Assembly: GCA_002633005.1 (NCBI GenBank)
Contig: NMRA01000441.1
Location: forward strand, 248,001-312,000
Length of the DNA: 64,000 bases
Source of the DNA: Phoronis australis
Taxonomy: Eukaryota; Animalia; Phoronida
Direction of reading: 5' to 3'
Shown: positions 23,001-38,000 of the stretch, in pieces
How positions within the stretch are numbered: the first letter of the stretch is position 1
How the letters are laid out: the number at the start of each line of letters is the position of its first letter
Notes under the pieces: generated by a model
The model's database searches: none
Told to the model about the DNA's origin: nothing
What the model saw: only the letters and a program-made list of their open reading frames with translations
Translations under genes and position numbers: made by a program

Positions 23001-26000
23001 GCCCAGAATTTATCATGACAGCACAAGGGGTCACAGGTTATCAGGCAGCACCAGCACTCAATGGACTTCAATTCAAATACTCAGATAAGGAAGGAGGCTG
23101 CTATTTACCACACAGGAACACCTGCTGTGGAATGTCGTCATTTTGCACCCAAATAATTGCCAAAATCGTCATTTTCCATTGTGCAAAAGCCCGATATCTG
23201 ACTGCATATAGAATGACGAGAATCTTACCAAGCATCGCTTTATGATATCCACACAATAAAAACCAATTAATAGTAGACTAAAATTTTCATAAACTCTGTA
23301 TTTGTACAAAAACTGACTAAATAAATGAAATTTCACTTGTCCACCACATTGGGGCATTAAAAGGTGAACAATTATCTTTACAATGTCATTCACGCCAGGT
23401 GTATCACAGCAGGTCACCTGAATGTGATACAGGTACACATGTGACCCACAAATATCTTGAGGTCACTACATCAAAAAGAAACCATTCACAAGTCAACTAT
23501 CTTAACCTTGCTTTGGGTGAGGTTAACTAAAATTAAAGCCTTCTAAAACAATTTATCGCGTAACCGTAAGGCACGAAACAGTTGGTGTATGACATCAAAA
23601 AGAAACCTTTGCATGCACAGACTTTCCAAACTATTCTGCTGCCACTGATTTAGTTTACAGGGTCAATAGTTTTTCCGAGTTGCATTTCTGGCTAATAATC
23701 TCGCCACCCTTGTGCACGTTACTGAAAACTTCCTGCTTTGGAACTTCAAAGTCTCTGACTGTTAACAGAGGTACCAGAACAAATTATGGGAGAGGTCATG
23801 TTTAGTTAGTCAAGAAGTTTAAGGAAACAACTTTAAATCATGTGATGGTTTCAACAGCCGCCCATCATATGATGTGCACAAAATACTGGCAGTTTTACAA
23901 GCTCAACCTCCCTTCAATGTATACCAATTATAGTTATTAAATTAGGTCAACTTAAACCTTAGAAGAAATCTGGGCTTGGGAGCAAACAATGTTTCATTAT
24001 TGCTTGAGGTGAGCTTGGGAATAAACAATGTTTCATTATTGCTTGAGACCCAGCTGGTCGGTTTTATCTGCCTAAAAAACGTTTTGACTGGAAATGGCTG
24101 GTTACGTGATGGAACGCTAGACAAAGCTACTAGTCAATAATTGCGGCTTGAAATACCGCCCACCAGTTCCAGAAAATCAGTCATCTATTAAAAAGAAGCA
24201 AACTTGTATCACCCAACACAATGGTTGTATATAACCAGCGGGAGATAAGAATACTGTTTAAATTCCTGGACCTAGTAACCAGGGGATGCTGTTTCGCCTT
24301 GCAGCAAAATAATACCAGATGGGCACTGTGCCTGAGCGCAAAACATTATAAAGGTATTCAAGCTAAAAAGAAAACACCTGCTTTCAATGACAACAAAGGA
24401 AGGCCCTATCCCAGTGATATATCCAGTTATCACTGGAGCTTCAGGTAATATTCACTGTCATGATATGACAAGCTATAAAGCGGAAAGCTCATTGTATGCA
24501 TTTATACCCAACTAATTTCAGTAGCATGTAAAACGCCAGGCTTGTGTCATTATGAAGGCTTGGTTAGCTCAGCTAAACCCGTTCTGGAGAGATGATTCAC
24601 GTCGTCGTTGTCTCGAGAGAATAATAAAAGAGGCATTAATGTATAAAGGACATGAAAGCTTTTTGAACTGGGGAAGATAAAATCTGCGTCCAATCGTCAA
24701 TGGGGGCTTGTAAAAATTCATGCGTGAAAGTGAGACATGCAGTGCAACGTAACTCGAGTGAAATATGCCCTCAAAACTGAAGGATTCCAACGGGAAACAA
24801 AAATGGTGTGGGAGGTACATTCTGCAGGCCACTCGCGCCCAATATAAATGTCAACATTAAAAAGCGATAAAGGCAAAAACCCTGACAAAAATGTCAAATT
24901 ACGCACACATATGAACTCTTCTTTGTTCTTCATAAGTCATGTTGTATCACAAACGAAACATTATTTAACAGTTGAAAATGTTCAAAGGAAGACATCATGT
25001 AAACACCTGCCAATCCTACTAACTTGCCCCAGAATGGATTGCTGATGACAACCTGACAGGACAAACACTCCCTGCTAAAGTACTGATGGCCAGGGGATGT
25101 TGAAAGAAGCCTGGGAAAACAGCAAGGTCTAAACCCCATGGGTCCCACACCAAATCAGCTGTGACAGGAACATGTGTCCACCAGTTGGACAGGTCCCATC
25201 AAATGTATATGGTGCAGGTCTGACACTACTTCAAAGAGGGTGTGCATCTGGTCTAAAGAGCCACCCTAGGCACTATTTACAGTTTATGGGGCAGTAAACA
25301 CAGCACTGGTTTAGCCAATGGCTACTTACCAGGCCAGCATAAACAATCAAAGCAAAGTTTGACAAGACACACAGAAAGACTGGGGACCAGCAATGACAAA
25401 ACAATCTTTGGGGTCTCTCGCCTGTGTATACGTTTGGATAAATCATATACCCCAGGTTTGCAATGAAATGTGAAGAATTTGTAAATATTTATGAGGTCTC
25501 ACTTTTTTAAGTAATAAACCACTCCTTCAGAAAAGTAGCTCAGACTATATTATCCGGACATTTGTCTAATAGTGTCAAACAAATATTTATTACAACTGTA
25601 CAAATGCAGATTGTTCATCACAGTTATTCAAAAATTAGTCACTTGGTGAAACCAAAGTTTTGGTTTTTAATCTAGAAAAGGATTGAAAACTGTTGGCAAG
25701 ATTCTGTCTTACTAACTGAAGCCAGACTTGTAGGAATCTATGACCAGCAAAATAGATAAACATATTTCTGTCAAGTCAATCACAAACATGTGTACTTGAT
25801 GGCAAACACTGTCCATGACATACTGAGCACTCCAGGTGAACTCAACAGTCCACACTGGCACTGATGCTAACTGCAACAGTGACCATATGGACTAACTTTC
25901 ACATATGCAATGGAGGCGGAGATTGGAAATAGTGTACTGGTATTTCTTGTGTTTTAATGATGTTGAGAGTTCAGAAACAAGGTGAATTGTTGTCCCACTT

Positions 26001-29000
26001 CTCTTGGCACCCTGGTGGTATCCTGTTACTGCATGGTGGGGATAGGGCTGAGGTTTGTAAGACCTCATGCTGGTGTTCCAGGTGAGGAACTGTAGGTCAT
26101 GCAGAGAAGCCAAAAGGTCATGCAGAGAAGCCCATAGGTGGTCTGCAAGGTTGTGCAATAACATGGCCATTTTGTCCCCCTTTTCTTTTAAGTTTGGAAA
26201 CCTGCATTTGGTCATTTACGGAGTGGTGAACTGTTCAAGTGAGTTTCAATTCCGTGAAATATCTGTATACTCTGGCAATCCCAGGAGTACTGAATCAAAG
26301 GTCCATGTTGTGTGTGTTATTGTGGTCACCCACAGAAGAAGATAACAGAAGTCACCCCAACACCGTTCTTATTGTTCCACACAAGACTCATCCCACTGTG
26401 CCCGCACACGGTTGCACCTATGACCCAACATGAAGGCAACTACCTCGTGACCTCGACAACACAGCTAGCCCAACAAACCTTGACACTGTATCAAGTCGAA
26501 CTCACTTAGTGCACTAAAAATTTGTATGTTGGATGTTTGCTTTTGGCAGTTTCAATTTTGTCGATTTGAACACAACCTAAAGGACACCACAGTATGCTAT
26601 GTTAAACATCAATAGTTCAGAACAAAATAAGTAAAAAAAAACAGATAGACCTAAATAACCCTGCGGGTAATACCAATAGCTAGAAACCACATTGTGTGCT
26701 TCTCTATATGCCGGCAATATGAAATCAAGCACTATCACCCATTGACTCTGAGAAAGTCCCATTTGTGACACCATAAATTTATCAATTAGCTGATTGAGAG
26801 ACTAGAAAATCATGATTAGTACAATGTGACTTCAAACAGACAATGTACTGTGACCCAGTCACAAGATGGTAGCAGACATACCACAAATACCACACCCTGA
26901 AGACCAGTAATTATCTGCTTTATATGCCTGCTATGCCCTGGCAAACTGTGCCGATTTAGCATGGTCTACAGTACAAAAGTGGACTCTGGAGCACCTGACA
27001 CGGAGCGAGTTGACACGGCGCATTTACATGTGCAAACAGAAGTTGACATGCATCAAGTTGTCACCACGGTGTCATTTTTGTCATTGAGTTAAGAGATGAG
27101 GAACTTAGTGCCTGATCGTCTTGTTATGTACAAACTATAACATTTAACATAAAACATGGGCTAGGCAGAAGCAATCATATTATCAACAGTTACACAACAG
27201 AATGCATACATACGTCACACCGGACTTCCTTTGCCTTTTTATCTGTTTGGTTCAATTATTGCTGTTTTACACATTTTCTGCTTCTAAATGGGCAAAAACT
27301 TGTATAATTTCCTGTTTCTCAACATAAACTACAACTCTCCCCAATTGTCACACTGACATCTATCATCTTGTGCCCTGTCAGTTTGCCCCCTGTCACAATC
27401 TAAACTGGGCTTTAGAGAGAAATACTGCCCTGTTTGTCTCCAAGTGGCTGACCTGAGTGATAATATATTTGCTTCATCAGCTGGATGAATTAACATTCAA
27501 ACAACTGGCACAGGCCCTAAAACAGCATAGTGACCTGTCCTCACCCCACATGTCACAAAGCAGGGAGGTAAAAATGCATGGAGGCTTGCTGCATACCCAA
27601 AATGTAATGTTCAATGCAGGACGAAAAAGAATATCTCGTTTCGATTTTCTCCTAACAATGATCGTCTGCCAGACTACCAGAACTTTCTTTTCTCCATCAT
27701 TAATGACCCATGTTTCTCGGAAGCCCTAAGATCAAATATCCAGATTCAGAATCCTACTTGCATTTTCTATTTTCTTAAGCCTGGCAATGCCTGGCTGTGA
27801 TGTTTTTTGGTTTACAGCCCTATTCAGCACCATCTTTTTGTTTTGATTCACGTTTCTGTTTGTGCAGCAAGTTAGAGTCCCAGACTCCCTCAAGGCTGAT
27901 TGGAGTTCAATGATTGCTCTAATTAGGAGATTAACTGCCTTTAAACTCAAATAAATAAAGATAACGACAGTAAATCGTTCCCTTCAAAAGACCAATGAAC
28001 TCAATTTGATCCTAGGTTTTACCACCTTTAGTTCAGAACACTAGCTCCCCCTATTAGATGATCAAAATAATGGTTCCACCCCAAAACATGAACCAAAACA
28101 ATGGTAATCAAAGATGACGTTGCAGTTGGTTTCAATTGTGTGTAGATTCTTTTGAGAACAAATTTGAGACTCAGAGATGCTGGGGGTGGATAATTCCTTG
28201 ACTTCACAAACTAACATACAATGCAGTAAAAAGCTTTGCAACTCGGTATCTCTTTCGGGGCCATCAACCTTTCTCTAAGAATCAACATGAAAATCACACT
28301 ACACAGAATTTGAAATTCGAGTAATTCAGTTTCGTGGTGTCTCAATGAGAACAAAATACTGTTCTAGGCAACGTTTAGCCCACGTTTAGCCCACAGGAAG
28401 AACTTTGATAACCCTACAATTGCAGTCATTAGCAATCATTCCCAGAGTATTGAATGGCCTCAGACCCTCAGTGCACCAATGTCAGCCTTGTTTGTGGAAC
28501 CAGTCCTGTCACACAAGCCCCTGCTGGGCAAATGTTTTGAAAACAAAGACACAGCACGACATTAAATAGTTCTAGGATGGCGTCAACACCACAGACATCC
28601 AGGGACATGTTTGCCAGCTGAAAAGGTGGGGTCTTTGCCAGTGGAACTGGTGGGATGCTGCACTGCTTTTGACAGGAATGTGCCTCATAGTAGATGCACT
28701 GGAGAGTTGGCCTAGAGATACAATGGACCTTTTATGTAAAAACTGCAGACTAAAAGTTTTGAGCAATAGAGAAATCAAACACGAAAACCATCTACTTAGT
28801 TTCTACAACCAATAACAAACGTTTTTGCAGTGGATGTAATCACTCTAGGCACCCTTTACAAAAAAGACACCACCCCTCTAAGTGCCACCCTCCCTATGCA
28901 TCGCCCATGTAAGTACCCCCTCAAACATGGTTACAGGAGCTGAAGAGATAAAAACCTCAACTCAGCTTAATTATTTCTACCAAAACTCATCAATTTATAA

Positions 29001-32000
29001 AACAATATGGTGGACAAGTGAAATTTTATTTCCACACAATTTTCATCAATGATAAGAAGCACTTTAAAAATAGTGTTTTACCATTTTTACGTTCTTGACC
29101 ATAGCTACTGTAACATCAGACAACAGCTTAAAAACTGCACTCACAATGTTAAGTTACGCTTTTAAAAATGAAGAAATTGGCAATTTTACCACTAAATTTT
29201 GTACGAAATCGCAATTTTGACTGCAATGAAAAATCAATGGTGAAATGAGAACCTTTCAATAAATTAGGAAGTGGATGCATGTGAACTTCCCAGAAACAAG
29301 TCAAACGATTTTTGTATCTATCAGCTCAGAAGTAATGCCTCCTATAATATTCTTCAAACAGCATTTTCAGGAAGTTGAAACCACCGAATTCCGATTGCAG
29401 AACGTTACCAGACCGATCAGCAAGGTATTACTCATAGCATGAAAATATCAAACTAAAACTAAAGGTATAAGGCTGCACCTACCTTTATTTGTTTACTAGC
29501 TGAGGTTCATGTTTATTTAACCTTCAAACAGTCAATAAATGAAACCCAAAGCATGCCATAAATTCCCAGCTCACCACAAACCAGTTACAAGCAGACCGCA
29601 GTGGCAACACTGATGTCATTTTCCACGTACTCCCATGCATCAAGTCTTAGCACAGAAACTCCGAATTCTTTATAATAGCATTAATAGAGTTCTAATAAGC
29701 TAAACAAAGGATCCGACTCAGAGGCAACACCAATAGCATTTCAGAAGGACAACACCAATGGCAATTCAGAAGGGCCCACTCACTAATTTCTCTTTATACT
29801 CATCATTTGTTTTTATTACATCAATTTCATCAAATATTTCTAGGTATTGGTTAGTGACTGATCTACTCAATAGTAAAAATGATGGTTGTAACCCAAATCC
29901 ACGATAATTAGGCGGAAAGTGGCACAAATTGACATAATCTCCTCAAAACTTCTGGAGCACACATTCTTGAAGCCGACATCTTGTTAAGACATTAGGTAGC
30001 AGCCGTTTAGGGCATGTCAGTCTAGAGGCAAAGGGATACAGATAGAGAGGTGCAATTTATTGCTAAGGCCTCAAACCATGGCAGAGCCTAGCAACAAGTA
30101 ATGACCTTAATTTAAAGAATGTTATTTAACAAATTTGGAACAGGAACACAATTACAGGCCTGCAGAATTCAACAAACTGTGCCGGAGAATAGCTCTAGTT
30201 GGTGTGTGAGAGAAAATTTGATGACGAATTACAATGATAGCACACCACAAAACTGCTCTGATAATTTTCAATCGATACCAGTTACCATATCTGTCACAGA
30301 CCGCTTGATCAATGAACTTAACTTACAACAAACATGAAATCACACTTACATTGGGAATTCCCCTCTAATTACGAAAAAATGCCTACACCTCCCTACTTCT
30401 AATTCTATTACATCACCTTATTATTTCCTCATTTTAACACAAATTCATCAGNATGTCAGTCTAGAGGCAAAGGGATACAGATAGAGAGGTGCAATTTGTT
30501 GCTAAGGCCTCAAACCATGGTAGAGCCTAGCAACAAGTAATGACCTTAATTTAAAGAATGTTATTTAACAAATTTGGAACAGGAACACAATTACAGGCCT
30601 GCAGAATTCAACAAACTGTGCCGCAGAATAGCTCTAGTTGGTGTGTGAGAGAAAATTTGATGACGAATTACAATGATAGCACACCACAAAACTGCTCTGA
30701 TAATTTTCAATCGATACCAGTTACCATATCTGTCACAGACCGCTTGATCAATGAACTTAACTTACAACAAACATGAAATCACACTTACATTGGGAATTCC
30801 CCTCTAATTACGAAAAAAATGCCTACACCTCCCTACTTCTAATTCTATTACATCACCTTATTATTGCTTCATTTTAACACAACTTCATCAGATAGCCAAA
30901 GAAAGTGTACCGGTATGCACAAACAATGTGTTCATATTGGCTTCGGTGATGTCTAGACTGTGGACAACAAATCAATTAGGGTAGAATAATTTACCTTGTC
31001 CTAGCTCAATCAATACCACTAATAGGTAATAGTTTACCTTGTTAACAGCTATTTGCACATTAGGTAATAAATCAAAGCTACTGTACCTGCACTGGTAAAA
31101 CAACAGGTACGAAATCAAAGGGCGCCAAATTAACACCTCTGTTCAGTTAAGGGTTTGGCATTACATAGCGCAAATATCACTGTTGGCCTGTTGACACCTA
31201 TAACTAACTACAAGCAATGAACCACAGGTGCAGTAAAAATTCTTCAGATTGAAACAAAGTAACTTCTAAAATCAGCAATTTTACAATTTTCCTAAGGCTC
31301 ACTTGAATTGCTCTGGATACCAAAAAACACAACAAAATGTTTAGTGACAGTAATATCGGGAAGATTAAAATTTCGTTTCAAATGCATTTTTGTTCAAGCG
31401 ACAAGAAATAAAACGCCACTTGTCCTTCATATTGTGTACCAATCTGAAGACTTTTACGGTATTCGTTCATTAAAAATAACGCTTTATCACAATCAAATTC
31501 TGCACTAAAACAGCAATTTGCATTCACAGCAATGCGTCAACTCTTTGAAAATTTAAAAAAAGAAAACTTTGGCGATTAATTTCGTCTGAAATCAGTGAAA
31601 TTTTACCCTACTAAACATGCTTTTCATCCGACTTGGTGCTGCGTCAGATGAGAGGTTGATAACTGGCATTTAACTACGTATAGTTGGTGGCCGTAACACT
31701 TACAGTAACATTGGCATATAACTTTCAACATTAAGTCACATAACGGTGCTAATTAGCACCACCACCGGTCCACATAAGGACTGATGTGTCTCCCACAACA
31801 CTAATGAAACCAGCGGAACATGGGAAACTAATTAAAGTGGCCACAACTGATAACCTTGACGAATTAGAAATGCTTTAATGACGAGCAACTAGCGTTTTAA
31901 TTAATCACCGTTAAGAGTCTTACATCCTGTCGTGGTTGTGCCAAAAGGTGGCACTTTTTTAATTAGAATCTCTTAGTTTTTCCTGTGACGTAGCCAAGTT

Positions 32001-35000
32001 ATTAGCTAGAACATAATGTTTACTAGTCTTTTCTCGGCTTAACTGCAAGCCGTAAACATTAAACATTTTTATAATCAACACCGCAAAAATCTAAAGGCTT
32101 AGCACAATACTCGAGATTTCTAAGTCAATTTTGTTCTTTATAATACTGCTTTAGGTACTATACCCCAAAGCTTGTATAAACTGCCTTCTGTCAAAAAATA
32201 TCGACTAAACCAGATATTTACGGTAATAAAATTGACCCCAAAACACCTTTTAATCTGAATAAGGCACAAGCTGAGACCAGTTTTATAACGGAACTAAGTG
32301 ATCTAAAGCAAACCTTGTTTTTTCTTTACTGAGTGTTCCAATGCCTAGCTCATGAATGACGTCATTGTCACCACAATTTGTGGTTTGGGTGTAAACATAA
32401 TTTGTAATACCACAGAATACAGTTACTACACACATCACAGGAAAAACATTTGCTGGGTATACTGACAACAACTTTGACGCCAGAAGAATTTTAGGTCATG
32501 ACCTCAAGTGACCTACGGCCAAGCGTGAAAATCTGGGACAACACCAAATTACAATCAATCATACTGCACAGTGTGACATGCTCATCAGGCAGTTATAAAG
32601 GGGACAGTCCATAAAAGTACATGATATCTTAAGTCTTCTATTATTTCGCACACTCTAATAACTGCAGCAGCCTGAAATGGTACACAAACGTTTTAATAAT
32701 TTGTATATAGCACCATAATGACTGACACAGCAGGTGTCTATAGAAACAGTAGCAATTTCGTAATTAAGTGTTGATTCTGGGCAAACAACATTTATACAAT
32801 TCTGGATCAATTAGAAGAACAGTAATATTGCCTTGCTGACTATTAGCAAACACAGGCAGGTATCAAAATAAAAAAAACAAATCATTAAAACAAAGGAACT
32901 CTTTATAAGGCCTTTCACACCAATATCCTCTCATATTTCTGAAGTGTCAGTAGGTATAAAAGATAATGCCCTTGGTCTTGGACAGAAGATAAAATCGCAA
33001 GTAAAATTTTCTTGTTAACAGGCAGATTTTACAGCGAACCTTGTGAGTACTCCGACGCAGCAAGAAAGGTACGGTAACACTACTTTGTTACTGAAGATAT
33101 TGGCAGGCTTCAATGGCAAAAACAAAACATGCGTTATGATTTGATGGTTTGATATTTTATTCAAATATTCACCATTCTACAATTACAAACACTTCATTTC
33201 ATTTCCTTTATTTTGAAAACTTTTAAACGATTCTTTATTTTTAAAAAATGTGTGTGTGTACAACCTTTTCCCTTTTGACAACTTCGATGACCAGATCACC
33301 AACTAGCAATAATTTCTGGGGTCCGTTAGCTACCGAAGCTGAACTGAGTTCAAATAACTTCACGTTTTATGTCAATGCTTCTGTTCCATGGGAGTTATGT
33401 CAATCTCAAAAAAAACAGTAAGAAATTCTAATAATGCAGTCAAGGGGGGCGAAACAAATGACTTGCAGAGACCTCTAGTGTTCACCAGCTTCAACTGCTT
33501 CTCTAGACTAATCAAACCAAAGCAACGTAAAGTTGTACCATCAAAAGGTACAACACCATGAGCAGAAACGATCATGATAGTTCAAAATCTTAGAGCAGCT
33601 GCCTGAATAAAGAGCGTTTACTGGTAACCCTCAATTAAAGAGAAACAGTGAGAACCTATAACTGCACATTCAGTGAACGTTTCGACAATAGTTAAACCAA
33701 AAGCTCTCTCCACGTAGTTTCAGAACTTCGTTCATATGGAAACTGTGTGCACCTGACAGGATGCTGAATGAAGAATGCAGTCATGCCAAAACCAATCAGG
33801 CACTTGATACAACTGGCATTATTACAGTTTCAAGAGGTCCTTCAACTTATCACAACAGCTGACCGGCCAGGCCACACCAGAAGTTTTTACACCACTGCAT
33901 GATACCAGATAAAATGTTAGCAGGGAGAGGGGTGCAGACTTCTAGTGAGTACTGAAGTAACCCAGTTTTACCAGTGAAGGAATTGTTGTAAGGTTTTACA
34001 ATTAGACAAAATGGACTTCAAACAGTAAATAGCATCACGTAGCCATAAGGCAGAAAGAGTATGATTACCATAAACTAATACCGTGGAATACTACTTCAAC
34101 AAGAACAAACACCAATGAGGACATTTGAAATTAAAACAGCGAGCAAAATCAATAATCTCACTTGGACTCGAGCCAACTAATTTAAATGCTATATGAGGAC
34201 ATCCAAATCAAATGATACTGGTCAAGCAAACATCAACACTGAGGCAAATCCCAGAGTATTATTTTAAGTGCATTTAAACGGTAAAGACACAGGCCTCGAT
34301 TTCAGTGAATGTCTGGCAGACCACGAAGAGAATTTACAACTAAACGTACAACCACAAAACCCAACAGATGCTGTTGTTTTGTAGCTCTGGTCAAAGCTAA
34401 TAACTTTAAGAAGTCTATTCCATCCAACAATCCTGAAAATGCGTTTTTTCGGCCACATAACCGACGACCAAGAATGACCTTTTGACCTTAACAAGAGATA
34501 ACTCCATACAACCCAAAACATACAATGCGAATATTTCAGCACCTAAAAATGTTTTTTTTGGTCAGCAAGAATGTTACGAGTAAAAAATAGTGAGTGTGTT
34601 TACGAGCCACTCAGTAACTACAGCATATATAGCAGGTTTCAAAAATCGAGATTAAAGAGGGTTGATTTTTAGAAAAGCCTTTGATACCATTGATCAACTA
34701 GGAAATTCATGGCAATTCTGAAACTTTATCGCCAACTCTTCAACAATACAATGCCTCACTATGGAACACATTTCCAGTTACTGTACTTCTTTTTGTGCTC
34801 AGATCCTGTTCTTCAAAATATGTATTGAATAACGCTTAGACATGCGAACACTGAGCCCAAAAGCAGAAGTTAGGATGTGGTTCAACTTCATTTTCTTCTC
34901 CAAACAAATGTCTCAAAATCTAACTTTCGAAGAATCAGAAATACATGAAGAAATCGTACAGGAAATATTTTGATTGACACAAAAATCTTAATTTAATAAA

Positions 35001-38000
35001 ATTACTCCATTTCAGTCAACCTTTCCATAATGTAATGATCAACAGAAAGTCGTAAAATAAAGTGTCTAAGAAGAACAATAACATTATGTTCACCAGAACA
35101 AGGACTCTATAGTGATCAACCGCCATGTAAGCTAGGATCTTACATGACCAGTATCCTGAAGAAATCAATAAATAATGCCAGAGGTTAGGATCAGCAGGCA
35201 AGGATTAAAGTATCATTAACAATGCGTGATACGCTAACGAGGAACCAAAGTACAGTGGATTAATTAATCAAAGGGCTATGGTACATAATTATGAACCGAA
35301 TAGAAACTGTTTCGTCACATCTGATGGAATTCAGTTACATACTAGTAGTGGACAATATTGCATGCATTCAAAATGGTGCCAGTGACTGAAGTAAGTAAAT
35401 CAGGTTATATATCAGGTTATTCTGGTTAAGTTTTTCTCTTTTTTAATTTCAGAACACAAAAGGGCAGTAAAGAGAAATTTTGTTGCATCACATTCTTCAA
35501 CAAAATTTAGTTCAAGTTGTAGAACACAGGTGTCCTCAAACAAGAAGTCAGGAATGACAGAAAATGAAAATTGAAAGATAGAAAATGACAACTTATTTTG
35601 GAAATTATTTTTGAATGAATTTGAAGAAGTTAACAGCATTTTGACAGAGTAACTGGACAGGTGAAGAAAGGACTTGAAAACTGACTTGATACTTTTGCAT
35701 TTCAACAAAAAAGGCCCATTGCAATTATGCTGGAGGTATGGCACTACTGTGTGACTCATCCATCGATGTTACGCACATTATTCAATATTTCATTCGGTTC
35801 TTAATAAAGCATGACGAGTGGCTATAATCAGCAAAATTAGCAAGAAAATGGAAACGTTACCACACAAAGAAACACGTGTTTGGCAAAATGCCAACATCTA
35901 CGGCATTTCACAAAGAAAGGAAAAGTGCCATTTGCTATAAGCAATGCTGACCTTAAATAATAAGGCTAGTTTGAATTTATGAATAATTCATGTTGGGCAA
36001 GCAGATGTTGTATAGCAGTAGTCACAGTGATTTGGAACTTGTTTAACATCAGGCGTATTTTCTCAAATGCAGCCTGTATGCAAATGCAGCCTGCGTTCAA
36101 ATGTAGCCTGTATGCAAATGCAGCCTGTATGCTTTTTCGCCGTGTTACTTTTCAATGAAAAAATAGTCTTGTTGATCGTAGTGACAGATACAGTAATTCT
36201 CTCGTTATTTCGCACAAAAATAATAGTCAAATTATCGTTTTTCCAGTTAGTCAAAGTCTGATAACTTCACTTCAAATAATGGAAATTTTCCAAAATTTCT
36301 TTAACATCATCTACACCATACAAACCACACTAGCAATGGACTAAAATTTTGTTGATCAATAGTAGAGAAATTTGACAAAATAGAATTTCATTTGTCGGCC
36401 CCAATATGTACTAAATACCGTAAGTGAAAAACTATGGGACTGCCAAGCAAGCAGACATGAAATTTGCAAAGAGACAATCCAACGGAATGATTAAGGAAGT
36501 TAACTTAAAGGAAACAACCATTGAATGAAGTTCTAGGTGAATTTTCAGCGGATGAACTTTATCCCTCATAACAAGACACCACAAGGCATTTCAATTAGAG
36601 ACTGGTGACTCATAAAGGTGCACACAAACATATGGTCTCATTATTTGAAATAATTGAAGACTACTAAGGCAAGATATGATAATGGTTCAAGCAAGAAGTC
36701 TTGATGTGCTTGCAAGGTTGCCCCTAGACAGTTACAAGATAACACTCAGTTGTTATCATCTGCATTCTGTTGTGTCTGGCCTGTAAAGACATGAGGAAAA
36801 ACAGTAATATGTAAACAGATGAGAATCATGTACCCAAAGGCTTTACTGACATGTAATAAGTACTGTAAAACATGGTATGCAGATAGTATGTGCATACCAT
36901 GGCCCTATATTCCAGTATAGTCTGACATTCGAATATAAATTTCTGGTATAATCTTCGAAGTAGGGTTCATTCTGACATGAACAAAAGTATTAATTTGAAT
37001 ATGAAATTCACAGCATGGCAAATAAACAATGTGTTGACTTGTTCTTTCTATTATTCAATATTTTCAAGGTACGGTTTAGCTCAAGCAATTTTCTATTAAC
37101 TAATTGATAGTATTTAGAATATGGATCACCTTGAGGAACTCGAAACTCATGAGGCTAAGTTAAGTAGAGCATGGAAGTTCAAAAATATAATTGTTTAGAA
37201 GTGGGTGGGCACGTACTACGGTTGATCAGGTTATAAGGCCAGGAGACTGCATTGACTTCTTGTCCCAGAGTCAAACAAAATACTGCAGGGACGTAGACAA
37301 TGTAGTAAGAAGTTTAGGATCAGTGATTGTGCACAACAGTTTATAAACCTGGTTTTTAAGCAGCACCTTTGTATAGTTTTACTGTGATTTGAATTGAAAA
37401 TGAAAAGGAATCCTGATTATATCAGAGAAGACCTCATTTGATTTTTGTTTTCAGCGAGTTAAACAAGGAAAAATGCAACTGTAACGGTTTTAAAACTCCA
37501 TCACGTTTAATCACATGCGATGTAAAAAGGCCCTTCCATAAGTCAGTCTCCTATGCCGCCCGCTGAGAAGTACCTCCTGGTACAGCGGGGTGGCAATATT
37601 AGTCACTGGTTCCACACAGTCAGTCCTCATTACTTCTCGAAGCTTTCCCGTTAAGTTGATTTTCAAACTACATTGAAATGCCAACAAAAAGCAGACCAGC
37701 AAACCATACAGGCATGAAGAAAACGAGCTCATTATAACATTCCATTGTTCAGAAAAACACTTGTTTTCACAAATTACTCTGTATAAAGCCTAAGTACAAT
37801 AACTGTCTCATGACTAGACAAATCTAGACAAAATCACGTGCTGGAGTAATCCCGTGAAGTCTTGCCTTTTAGCAAGGTCCCAACGAGGTCCTAACGTTGT
37901 TGAACTCTACCCAGATTTCTCCATGAGGTCCAAAGGTCAAGGTCATCATCACAAACCAGACAGGTTCAGCCCAGTAGCTTTGCAAATGGCCACCAATGGT